A DNA stretch of 37,646 nucleotides, taken from NCBI GenBank assembly GCA_020833525.1, contig JAJHRV010000001.1:1-37646 (forward strand). The letters are read 5' to 3'. A model generated the notes under the pieces. The model was not told the origin of the DNA, did not search any database, and saw only the letters and a program-made list of their open reading frames with translations. This stretch comes from Thermosphaera sp. (lineage in GTDB: Archaea; Thermoproteota; Thermoprotei_A; Sulfolobales; Desulfurococcaceae). A program made the position numbers and the translations under genes. This document shows positions 9,070 through 17,916 of the stretch, piece by piece (the stretch's first letter is position 1; each line of letters begins with the position of its first letter).

Positions 9070-10119
9070 CTCCTAGAAGCTTCAAAATAAGCAAATAGTG
9101 GGAGTCGAAGTCACTTGGCTCTATGACACGTAATCTACTCATAGACTCTAAAACAGGTAGAGGTAGATAGTATCGCGTCCTCCTGAAAAACGATGCTGCG
9201 GCATACTCAATAACACTCTTCACGAGGAATAGTCTTTTGAAAGCACTGGCATAGCCCACGAGGTCGTTATCGTCGAGAAATCTCGCCAGGATTGGTGATA
9301 GTTTAAATATATAGTATAATCCACCACCAGTGTAGGGCTTAATTATTGGTACTGCATCACCATGAAAAACTATTCTTTCATAGAGGACGGGGTTTTTCAA
9401 TGGCTTTTCAATTGGTATAATTCCCCCATATCTCTCTAGAATCTGCGTCACTACAAGACCAGTCTTCTTCTCGACTAGTTTGAGTAAATAATGCTCCATT
9501 GGTTTCCTCGACGCATAGCCTAACTGGGCTTTTTCATCATCCAGCGGGGTTATCCATGCAAAAAAAACTCCGGGCTGTTCTCGTCATATATTAAAACTAT
9601 AGTGTCTTCCGGTAGTCCCACAGTCTTTGCAACTACTTGTAGTCCAACTAGGTAGTTCTTAATAGGCCTAGAGAAGAAGCCACGGAATAATCCACCAGCC
9701 CCCTCCGCCACCACGAGGAAGTCGAATTTCAAGCAATCGCCCCTCACCTTTACACACTGTAAACTACCGGGCTTAGCTCTTACACCTCTTAAAATTCTAT
9801 GACCGAGGGATTCAACCCTGGAGGCTAAAACCTCTTCGAGTAGGGGTCTTTCAACGTGGTAGGCAATTGGTTTTTTGAAGTCTAATTCCACTCTCCCCAT
9901 AGGAGTTAGGAAATGTATTCTCCTATATGATGCATTAATGATGCGTTTAGAGAGCCCCGCTACAGACTTAGCAACGTATTCTCCAACTATGCCTGCACAG
10001 TGCTTGGGGTAACCTATGGATTTATGCTCTTCCACGACTAATACATCGTGGTTTCTCACACTTAGAGCTGTATATAGTCCTGCCGGTCCTCCACCAATAA
10101 TTACTACATTAGCCTTCAT
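9035..10119 (-). pseudogene. FAD-dependent geranylgeranyl-reductase-family oxidoreductase, interrupted by a frameshift in a T8 run (A8 on the plus strand, 9560-9567)
   Basis: Track ORFs 9550..10182 (VVIIGGGPAGLYTA FAD motif) and 9035..9499 (HGDAVPIIKPYTGGGL) are the two halves of one family member. A -1 shift in the T8 run joins them as ...PEFFFAWITPLDDEKAQLGYASRKPMEHY... The length of 1085 nt equals 362 codons minus 1 nt. Confidence 0.75.
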
Positions 10120-10504
10120 CCTTCTCCTCGTAGTTTCTACTAGAATATCTAACCTTATAGTATTTAGCTCTGAGTTTTTCAACTATATAGTTAAAGCTCT
10201 TGTATGGATCCCCCCTCGACCCACAGGTATAGACATCCACACTTGCAAACTCGTACTCAGGCCATGTATGTATAGTTATATGGCTCTCCAACACTATGCC
10301 GACAACGCTCACACCTGGATTTATCTTCCATGCTTTTACATCTAGTAGTGTGAAGCCGCCAATTTCAGCGGCCTCTTTAACCACTCTTGCGAGGTACTCT
10401 TCGTTGCTTAGGAGGTCTGGGTCGCAGCCATATAGTTCTCCATAAACGTGGTGTCCAATAACCTTGTTTCTTAACTGAGTAAGTGTAACCATGATTCTCA
10501 CCAT
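10109..10504 (-). CDS. speH: Pyruvoyl-dependent S-adenosylmethionine decarboxylase family proenzyme (AdoMetDC or the crenarchaeal arginine decarboxylase paralog)
   Basis: Contains YGCD and the self-cleavage motif LESHITIHTWPE. The size is about 130 aa. Confidence 0.8.
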   Translation of the reverse strand: MVRIMVTLTQLRNKVIGHHVYGELYGCDPDLLSNEEYLARVVKEAAEIGGFTLLDVKAWKINPGVSVVGIVLESHITIHTWPEYEFASVDVYTCGSRGDPYKSFNYIVEKLRAKYYKVRYSSRNYEEKDEG

Positions 10505-10524
10505 ATAATACTCCCCCTTGGAAA

Positions 10525-10534
10525 CTTATAAATT
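10525..10534 (-). promoter_or_regulatory. Candidate TATA box for the speH-like gene
   Basis: The minus strand reads AATTTATAAG about 25 nt upstream of ATG 10504. Confidence 0.4.
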
Positions 10535-10696
10535 TTACCCCCTCCCCTTGTTTATAGATTGGTAAATCCTAATAATAACCCCGCGCGTGGAGAGGAGAAG
10601 CTTCAAAGATTATTAATTCAAATATGTCAAGAAAGATTTTCAGTGTTAGATGGGAGGGGTGTAAGAAATGTTTAAGGGGAGGGGGTATTTACTATC

Positions 10697-11422
10697 TTAA
10701 GCCTCCCCTTCATATTCAAGCTCAGGGGGTTTTTCAATGGGCTTTGCTTCTACTTTGCTTCTAATTGCATTGATCGTCTTTAATGCCTCATCGTACGAAA
10801 CGTGTTTACCTGCTTGCATTACTTTGCCGAGTTGATCCTTTAAAACATCCTCAATGTTTCTCCCAGCTATTTCTAGTTTGACTTTGTCGAATATGGCGTA
10901 TGTGGGCTCTATGACGGCTGCCTTCTTTAGCACTAATGTGTTTTCGTCAACTAGTACAACTACAGCTGCACCCACTTCTTTTCCATTTGTTTTAACCGCG
11001 TATACTTGGTCTCCATCAAATGTTTCACCAATTTTCTCTACATTGTACTTGACAACCCCAGTGGCTATTTCAGGTGCCTTTGCGATAAATGTCTTTAATG
11101 TTTCTGCATAGGATTCTAGGGGTACACGCTTAAAGACCTCTACCTTCAGTGTATCCCACTTCCACTTCACCTCCTTGTGCTCTTCATCTACATCGTAGTC
11201 TATGGTTATTCTCACAACATCTAATTTATCAACTTTTAACTCATCTACGAGAAGAGTGAACAATGCTCTATTTAAGAGTGCAGAATAATATGGAATTCTA
11301 TTGGCAAACTCCTTATCTTTCTTCGTGTAATCCCTCAATTGACCAAATAGTACACGCCTCAGCTTGTCAGCGAATAGTGCAGCGGGTATTAACCCGGATC
11401 TCAAAGTGGGCAAAATATCCAC
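10697..11422 (-). CDS. Hypothetical protein (soluble, acidic C-terminal tail)
   Basis: A clean 241-aa ORF with coding-like composition. There is no TM helix and I can recognise no motif. Confidence 0.5.
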   Translation of the reverse strand: MDILPTLRSGLIPAALFADKLRRVLFGQLRDYTKKDKEFANRIPYYSALLNRALFTLLVDELKVDKLDVVRITIDYDVDEEHKEVKWKWDTLKVEVFKRVPLESYAETLKTFIAKAPEIATGVVKYNVEKIGETFDGDQVYAVKTNGKEVGAAVVVLVDENTLVLKKAAVIEPTYAIFDKVKLEIAGRNIEDVLKDQLGKVMQAGKHVSYDEALKTINAIRSKVEAKPIEKPPELEYEGEA

Positions 11423-11532
11423 CTCTTTTCAATATATGTAAAGAATATATAGACATATTTATACATTTATTATACATTTACTCGCTGAGAACAATTCACA
11501 AGAGGGAGCGCGAAATAAATTGAATCCAGTGA

Positions 11533-11542
11533 AGCTTATAAG
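11533..11542 (+). promoter_or_regulatory. Candidate BRE/TATA for tRNA-Glu
   Basis: AAGCTTATAAG is centred about 32 nt upstream of tRNA position 1. Confidence 0.4.
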
Positions 11543-11571
11543 GGGGTTCCAATTGGATAAACATATTGAAT

Positions 11572-11666
11572 GCCGCCGTAGTATAGCCCGGTCAAGTATG
11601 CGGGCCTTTCGAGCCCATGTAAAGTGGAGAAAGCCCGTGACCCGGGTTCAAATCCCGGCGGCGGCA
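11572..11666 (+). tRNA. tRNA-Glu(UUC) with an intron of about 20 nt next to the anticodon (about 11612-11631)
   Basis: Acceptor stem GCCGCCG/CGGCGGC plus discriminator A. Anticodon arm CGGGC-CUUUCGA-GCCCG, formed only after removal of about 20 nt. T arm CCGGG-UUCAAAU-CCCGG. CCA is not encoded. Confidence 0.85.
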
Positions 11667-11710
11667 TAATTTCCTTTTACTTTACTCTAATCTGGCTTCG
11701 TTGGTGTCAC

Positions 11711-11746
<36 letters not shown>

Positions 11747-11808
11747 TGGATAGAAATGCTTATAAATTCTCTCATTTTGATTATTCCTTGGTGATGAGTT
11801 TATTGTAA

Positions 11809-11990
11809 GCTGTGGTTGCCCCTAAGCCCATGTGGGATGCGGGGAGTGCAACCACAGGGCAAATACACTATATGGGGGGATCTCTGACCACCCCGACTGC
11901 CCCGCAGAGGACAGATGTAAACCCGAATAGATGCGGGGAACCAGTGAACCCCCTAAAGGGAAACCTCGCCCCTTAAGGGCGGGGAGGAGG
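11809..11990. ncRNA. GC-rich structured island; candidate unclassified non-coding RNA (strand and ends unknown)
   Basis: I counted 107 G+C in 180 nt (59%), against my impression of low-to-mid 40s % for the window (not counted). There is no ORF. Perfect stems are 11810-11819/11848-11857 (10 bp) and 11900-11906/11932-11938 (7 bp), plus the hairpin at 11964-11984. Confidence 0.35.
11964..11984. repeat. Hairpin copy 2 (CCTCGCCC-CTTAA-GGGCGGGG)
   Basis: An 8-bp stem with the same arm sequence as copy 1, 238 nt downstream. Confidence 0.6.
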
Positions 11991-12260
11991 TCAGCAAGTA
12001 ATCAGCGGAGGTTTCGGTAATCAAACGATTATAGTATTAGAGAGCGGGGGTTTGTCTAAGCAGTCGCTGTATACAAGTTGCAGTGTCTCACCGGCTTGAT
12101 TAATGGATATGGAGATGTAGTGTTTCTAGGTGTTGGTGAATTACCAGAGTGTTCACTAGAGAATGGTGTTTTTGATGAGGACTATTGGTTAGAGATGTCT
12201 AGTTAGTAATACTATTCCATGAAAGCTTTTTAACTAGGGCAATTACTTTAATAAAAATGG

Positions 12261-15200
12261 GTGTGGGATGTGAATCCCAAGGTCTCTAAAGCCCTCTTAA
12301 CATCGATCTTAATACTAGCTCTAATACTACCCAATATATCAATAGCTACTATAAGCCAGGTCGAAGTAGAGTTGGCGACAAGCAATAGACAGGCGTATGT
12401 AAGCCCCATACTACTGAGTGAGGAGTACTGGAGGCATGGCGCCTACGTAGACGATGAATCACTATTATCATTTACTAAGCCAGATCCGCTGGAGTTAAAT
12501 GTCGAGTCTAGTGTGGAGTTTGGACAAGTACTAATACTACTAGATCCATCCATCACCACTAGTGCTTTGAGAGGCAAAGTACTTGGAATCGTTGCATCTC
12601 TACCAACCCACTTATACAACATAGTAGTGGCCTGGATAACCAGGGAGCAATTGCCGAGGATAGCCACCACACGGGGAGTTCTAGCTATACTGCCTGATGT
12701 AAGGCTCGATGCATTGATCAATAGAGAAATGAAGGTTTCTAGCGAGTTATTATCGAGAGAGGAGGTGTCTTATGGAGAGCTACAAGCTGGTGGATCAGGC
12801 TACCACTACACTACAGAGATCACTGGCGCATACAGCGTATGGACTACGTATAAGATCAAGGGTGAGAACGCAACTCTAGCAATAATGGATACAGGAGTAG
12901 ACTATGGATCACCAGGGCTAGGAGTAGGAGTCATTGCACGAGATAAGAATGGAGTACCATTAATATTTGATGCAAGTAGCCTAGGCCTAGTTCTCACACC
13001 AGTGAGGGCTACTGATATAGGCGGTGGATACATATTCGTCAACGCAAGCGATCTCTACGTATTCTATCCACCGTACTACGTGTATAGGTGGACTAATAGA
13101 CTATATGCAAGAATAACTGGCTGTGCAAGTAGATCGCTCTGGCTGACATTCCCGAGTAACTGGTATATCGGGGGCATAACACACTATGGAGACGTGAAAT
13201 TCGGGCTTGCATTACAAGTGGTATCACTACCTATAGGCACACTGACGTATACTATTCCAGTTATAGTAGTTGACTCTAATGGAGATGGATTATACGATAC
13301 TCTCTACGCTGACACCACGACAGCTCTAAACCTAGTGCGTACTATAACATCATACTGTGGAGTAAACATACCAGGCACTATTGGAACAAGCCCTGACTTC
13401 TCATTTGCAGATGAAGTGCCAATTAAGTATGGTAGTGAAGTAATAGCTAGAGACCTTGATGGAGACGGGATTAGAGACTACTCGATTGGTACACTAGCTG
13501 GATACGTCTACGACTCGGCTTTCGCCATTATACTGGAGAAACTTGGCGAGTGGAAGTCATTAATGCCTAGTACATCGCCTTTAACTGGCTACTCAACCGC
13601 TGACGTCATAATGAGGGAGACTTGGAGTTACGAGCCTGTAGCCGCTGTCTGGCCTGGACTAGACCCGTATGGAGACTACGTTGTAATAGAGTATGATTAC
13701 AATAGCCACGGAACGTACTGTGCAAACACCGCCGCTGGTAGAGACTTCTACGCCGAGACGGGCTATGGAAACCTCAGTATTGCCGGGCAAGCACCAGGAG
13801 CGAAGATCGCTGCATCGCCTGCACTATACTTCGGGAGTGTCGCGGTGTCTATATACTTCTTCTCGGGGTTCGACATGGTTGCTGAGTATGGAGATGGATC
13901 GAGGTATCTATGGCCAGACCTCTTGGTTAATCCATGGATAATGTTTGAGGGATATGAGTGGAGATGGGTCTACACGGGTGAACACCAAGTTGACATAACG
14001 AGCAACTCCTATGAAATAAGCGGCTGGGCTCTATGGGGTTGGAATACTGGTGCAGACCCGGAGAGCGCTGTATTCGACTACACTATATTGGTTTCTGGAA
14101 CAATGCACTTTGTCGCAGCTGGTAATGGAGGACCAGGATATGGAACTGTCTCGTCACCCGCAAGCTCTTCATTCGCTATAGCCGTGGGTGCTGCCACAGA
14201 GTTCACTTATAGGCCGATCTACGGCTACTACTGGCCTGGCTCGAGCAGGGATGTTATAACTTGGAGTAATCGTGGACCCACAGAGCTGGGTGTTGCCAAG
14301 CCAGACTTAGTTGCTGTTGGTTCATTCGCCTGGGCTGTTGGTAGAACGTGGGATGCCCTTGGAAACATTTATGGAGTTAGAAACCTCACTGGTAAACTAG
14401 CCTATAACTTATTTAGTGGTACTAGCCAGGCTACACCAATGACTGCTGGTGTAGGAGCACTCGTTGTGTCGGCTTATAGGAGTAAGTATGGATCTAGGAT
14501 ACCAGCGTACTTATTAAAGACTGTTTTAATGAACAACGCGAAGGATATGGGTTATGATGAGTTATCGCAGGGTGCTGGCTTTGTAAACGCGTATGATGCT
14601 GTTAGAGCAGTATTGGATCCCTCATTACCCAGGGTTTACTCAGTGGACTTCGCTAGGGACGTATTTAGTGAGCTAGGTGTAAACTACAATACTGTTACAT
14701 ATGGAGCTTTCACCGGTTATACTGGTTCATGGTATGAGCCAAAAGTCTTCATACCACTGGTTACTTACTATGCCGCTAGAACTATAACTATTGAGGGGGC
14801 TGGAAACTACAGAGTCTACGCTGCAAGATTAGAGTCTGTGGGGGTAACCCCTGTATGTAGCGCTATTGCTGGATCGATGGGTGTTGTAAACTGCACTGGG
14901 GACACAGTGTTGATTAATGTTACGGCTTCAACAACATATAGTTACTTATTCTTCAACGTATCTACACTGGCAAAGTACGATTTCTTCGAGATAGAGGGTA
15001 TTTACCCATTCGAGTACTTTGAGACTGGTGGTAGGTATGGCAACTACTCGTTGATGATTTCAACGAGCGTCATGGACTTCGCCTACTGGATTGACTATGG
15101 AGCAGATGGAGTCTTCTCGTGGTATGAAACCGCGAGAATAACTTATGATATACGTAGAGCCAACGCTGTTAGGATTCAGTCTGGAAAGCTGAGTGAGAAA

Positions 15201-16430
15201 CTGAGCGAGATAGAGGAACTCGCGGTGAGGTATATGGGTGTAGACGTGTCAACACTTCCGAAGTACCTTGTACTGAGGCTTGGAGTGTCTGGTTCAACTT
15301 ATAGGGGCTTACTACCCATTAAAGTCAGAATCGTTGGATATAAGCTCGTTCCATGGAGTCAAGTAAGGGTTTCACCAACAATGCTTAACATAATGCCCGG
15401 TGGTAGAGGACTAGTTACAGTGTCTGTGTTCGGCCCATTGAAGCCAGGCTTCTACAGTGGATACGTAGTTATCGAGGAGGCTAGTAAAGGATTTAGAGCA
15501 CTAGTACCAGTATCATTCTTCTCTCCACTAATGGTCTCGTACGAGCAAGTGTATAGGATAACGCCATCCACCGAGAACACTCCGAGGAAGAATAATTATC
15601 TACGTGGAGCATTCGACTACACGTGGAGGTATGAGTCTGGCGACTGGAGGGTCTTCAAGGTTGTTATAACAGACTACTTAAGGTACACATGGGCTCTTGG
15701 CGTTAGAGTTACTTGGCCGACCTATGGTAGCGACAACTACGCTAGCAATCTAGATGTACACGTCTATGGGCCATATAGCTATGTAATGGTTGATGAAAAC
15801 AACAAGACATACACGTATAGTGTGAGCGGTGTACAGCTTGGTGCAGAGTTAACTAGAGACCCCGCCGGCGGATCTAGCTACAACCCAACTAGGTTCTGGG
15901 ACTCACTAATTCCAGGTGAGTCCTTGATTGTTGCACCTGCATCAAGGCCTGGAGTATATAGAGTAGTTGTGAGGAATATACAGTTCAGGGGGTTGGAATA
16001 CTGTGAGCCATTCACAATAGAGTTGTTCCCGATAACACTGAGAGCTTCGCCAATATATATGACATCCTCGAAGACTATTACATACTTAGTATCAATTAAG
16101 ACACCGTATCTACCAAGCTACACTCTACCATACAATGTATACGCATACAACGAGGGTATATACACTACAACAAGCACCTACATATCAAACCTCACACAAG
16201 TCGGAATAACAGTAACCCCTGTCATCCAGTCTTGGACAACGAATTCAATACTAGCCAATGTAACAATAAAGTACAGTGCAAGCACGCCGAGAGGAGTCTA
16301 TGTAATACCCATAACAGCCGCATTCCCGGTACCAGTGACGACGGTTGGATGGAACGATGGTGGACAAAGGAACTACTACTTCTACTACAATGAAATACCA
16401 ATAACACTAACCATAAGAATATACTACTAA
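12261..16430 (+). CDS. Large secreted subtilisin-family (S8) serine protease, pyrolysin-like
   Basis: Signal-like N-terminus ALLTSILILALILPNISIA. Catalytic Asp in AIMDTGVDY (12888-12890), His in NSHGTYCANTAAG (13707-13709), Ser in SGTSQATPMTAG (14424-14426). There is an insert of about 270 aa between Asp and His, and a C-terminal extension of about 630 aa. Confidence 0.9.
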   Translation: MWDVNPKVSKALLTSILILALILPNISIATISQVEVELATSNRQAYVSPILLSEEYWRHGAYVDDESLLSFTKPDPLELNVESSVEFGQVLILLDPSITTSALRGKVLGIVASLPTHLYNIVVAWITREQLPRIATTRGVLAILPDVRLDALINREMKVSSELLSREEVSYGELQAGGSGYHYTTEITGAYSVWTTYKIKGENATLAIMDTGVDYGSPGLGVGVIARDKNGVPLIFDASSLGLVLTPVRATDIGGGYIFVNASDLYVFYPPYYVYRWTNRLYARITGCASRSLWLTFPSNWYIGGITHYGDVKFGLALQVVSLPIGTLTYTIPVIVVDSNGDGLYDTLYADTTTALNLVRTITSYCGVNIPGTIGTSPDFSFADEVPIKYGSEVIARDLDGDGIRDYSIGTLAGYVYDSAFAIILEKLGEWKSLMPSTSPLTGYSTADVIMRETWSYEPVAAVWPGLDPYGDYVVIEYDYNSHGTYCANTAAGRDFYAETGYGNLSIAGQAPGAKIAASPALYFGSVAVSIYFFSGFDMVAEYGDGSRYLWPDLLVNPWIMFEGYEWRWVYTGEHQVDITSNSYEISGWALWGWNTGADPESAVFDYTILVSGTMHFVAAGNGGPGYGTVSSPASSSFAIAVGAATEFTYRPIYGYYWPGSSRDVITWSNRGPTELGVAKPDLVAVGSFAWAVGRTWDALGNIYGVRNLTGKLAYNLFSGTSQATPMTAGVGALVVSAYRSKYGSRIPAYLLKTVLMNNAKDMGYDELSQGAGFVNAYDAVRAVLDPSLPRVYSVDFARDVFSELGVNYNTVTYGAFTGYTGSWYEPKVFIPLVTYYAARTITIEGAGNYRVYAARLESVGVTPVCSAIAGSMGVVNCTGDTVLINVTASTTYSYLFFNVSTLAKYDFFEIEGIYPFEYFETGGRYGNYSLMISTSVMDFAYWIDYGADGVFSWYETARITYDIRRANAVRIQSGKLSEKLSEIEELAVRYMGVDVSTLPKYLVLRLGVSGSTYRGLLPIKVRIVGYKLVPWSQVRVSPTMLNIMPGGRGLVTVSVFGPLKPGFYSGYVVIEEASKGFRALVPVSFFSPLMVSYEQVYRITPSTENTPRKNNYLRGAFDYTWRYESGDWRVFKVVITDYLRYTWALGVRVTWPTYGSDNYASNLDVHVYGPYSYVMVDENNKTYTYSVSGVQLGAELTRDPAGGSSYNPTRFWDSLIPGESLIVAPASRPGVYRVVVRNIQFRGLEYCEPFTIELFPITLRASPIYMTSSKTITYLVSIKTPYLPSYTLPYNVYAYNEGIYTTTSTYISNLTQVGITVTPVIQSWTTNSILANVTIKYSASTPRGVYVIPITAAFPVPVTTVGWNDGGQRNYYFYYNEIPITLTIRIYY

Positions 16431-16447
16431 ACCCCCTAAAACTCATA

Positions 16448-16453
16448 TTTTTT
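16448..16453 (+). terminator. T6 terminator candidate after the protease gene
   Basis: TTTTTT lies 18 nt after the TAA stop. Confidence 0.4.
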
Positions 16454-16600
16454 AAAAACAAACCACACTTCAACTCCAGAATGGATTTAACAGGCATTAA
16501 GACTAAGATACTATACCTCACAAGCCCATGCAATTTCCAAATCGAGAAGTAGGTCATTTACACCAGGCAAGCGGGCTAAAGTAAATAAAGGAACCGTGAT

Positions 16601-16619
16601 CCCACCGGTATTTGAACCC
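16601..16619 (-). repeat. Fragment resembling the tRNA-Arg 3' end (T arm/acceptor); possible att-site remnant
   Basis: CCCACCGGTATTTGAACCC versus 18485-18503 CCCGCCGGGATTTGAACCC gives 17/19 identity in the same orientation. The fragment cannot fold as a T arm on its own. Confidence 0.4.
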
Positions 16620-17217
16620 ATTTATCTCATGCTCTCGGCTGTCCTGTTCAGGCTTTGATGAAGAATGTAGACTTGGATCTCATCCAGCTTGGCTGTGACG
16701 AGGCTATTGATTATGACACTGTCTGCGTGTTCAATGCAGCTGTTAATGCATCGAGAGCAAGTGTTATCAATGCGGCTTCCACAGTCATGGAACGACTACG
16801 CACCATGTCATATAAACCGAGACGTTGACCACCTGGAAGGTCACTATTAGGTCAGCTACTATTCTTCCGCAGCTGATCCGGATGACAACCCTCACCGAAC
16901 ACTACGCGGAGACCACAGTTCACAGTGAGACCTGTACCACGACCCCCTGACTTCCACAAAAACGGCATTATCAGACATTACAGGAGACATCCTGGTACTA
17001 GTAGCTGGGCTACTAAAGAGAAATTAGTAACATAGAACACGCTGTTTGACTCCATATCTACTATTACCTCGAGAGACAATATCGCTCTCAATTTGTTCCC
17101 TAGATGTAATGAATAAGTGTAAATAAATAAGAGCGAGCATCAGTGAAAACGCCAGAGCGATGGTGTATTATGTGACTCATTTTGAAGACCTTGCATTATT
17201 TTTAATGGGTATGCGGC

Positions 17218-17916
17218 ATGAAGACCCCGATGATAGTTCTCTCGATATTGGTTGTAGTATTGGCGATAGGCCTAGTCGCCTCCTTGGTAATATTGCATGA
17301 GGCGTTGAAGGAGCGGCAGGAGGCGACACCCACAAGTAAAGTTGTATCTGGAGAGAGGTTGTTGATAGCACCGGACAGCTACATCGACGTCACTTTCGAT
17401 CCCCTCGTGCTACACCTCCACCTCTACAACTCTGGATCAACCACAACCGTGGTTAACAAGGTGGAGGTCGAGGGGTCTGCCTCGTATAAAGTCTACTATC
17501 CACTGGGCCCCGGCGGTGATATAGAAATCACAATTAGATTAGCCGGTAGGTTTAATGAGGGTCTCTACTATAAAGTCGTAGTGTATACAGAGCTGGGAGG
17601 CTCTTACGCATCAATGGTAAAGGCTTACAAGCCTCGCCCTATGGAGTCATTGCAGATATACCCGGACAGCTATATCAATGCAACTAATGCCACACTATAC
17701 CTGCACGTCAAGAACACCGGGGATGCGTCAGCCGTGATATACAAGGTGGAAGTCGTGGGAGTGACCTTCACGAGTGTAGATTATACAGTGAGGCCGAGTG
17801 AGGAAACAATGTTGGAGATCCCAGTCAATGGAATATTTGTACCAGGCACCAACTACTTGGTCAAGGTATACACGAGGTCAGGGAATGTCTACTCATGTGC
17901 CTTACTAGCGCGTTAA
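17218..17916 (+). CDS. Membrane-anchored protein with two tandem beta-sandwich-like repeats
   Basis: N-terminal TM helix IVLSILVVVLAIGLVASLVIL. The internal duplication is APDSYIDVTFDPLVLHLHLYNSGSTTTVVNKVEVEG versus YPDSYINATNATLYLHVKNTGDASAVIYKVEVVG. Confidence 0.6.
   Translation: MKTPMIVLSILVVVLAIGLVASLVILHEALKERQEATPTSKVVSGERLLIAPDSYIDVTFDPLVLHLHLYNSGSTTTVVNKVEVEGSASYKVYYPLGPGGDIEITIRLAGRFNEGLYYKVVVYTELGGSYASMVKAYKPRPMESLQIYPDSYINATNATLYLHVKNTGDASAVIYKVEVVGVTFTSVDYTVRPSEETMLEIPVNGIFVPGTNYLVKVYTRSGNVYSCALLAR

Noticed and set aside
11791-11890. C/D-box sRNA (GTGATGA at 11791-11797 with CTGA at 11884-11887)
   Set aside because: The box spacing of about 90 nt is far longer than in typical archaeal C/D sRNAs. 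There are no internal D'/C' boxes and no terminal pairing between the flanks.
16222-16557. Track ORF 16222..16557 (-), 111 aa
   Set aside because: It mostly overlaps the 3' end of the well-supported protease gene on the opposite strand. Its composition is Leu/Ser-rich shadow-like.
16658-16831. Short plus-strand ORF (57 aa, MKNVDLDLIQLGCDEAIDYD...) in the ORF-free stretch
   Set aside because: There is no recognisable motif, no obvious promoter or SD, and it is below any size where sequence alone gives support. It is mentioned only as a possible relic.
17177-17371. Track ORF 17177..17371 (-), 64 aa
   Set aside because: It is antisense to the start of the better-supported 17218..17916 gene. 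It is Pro/Ser/Leu-rich.
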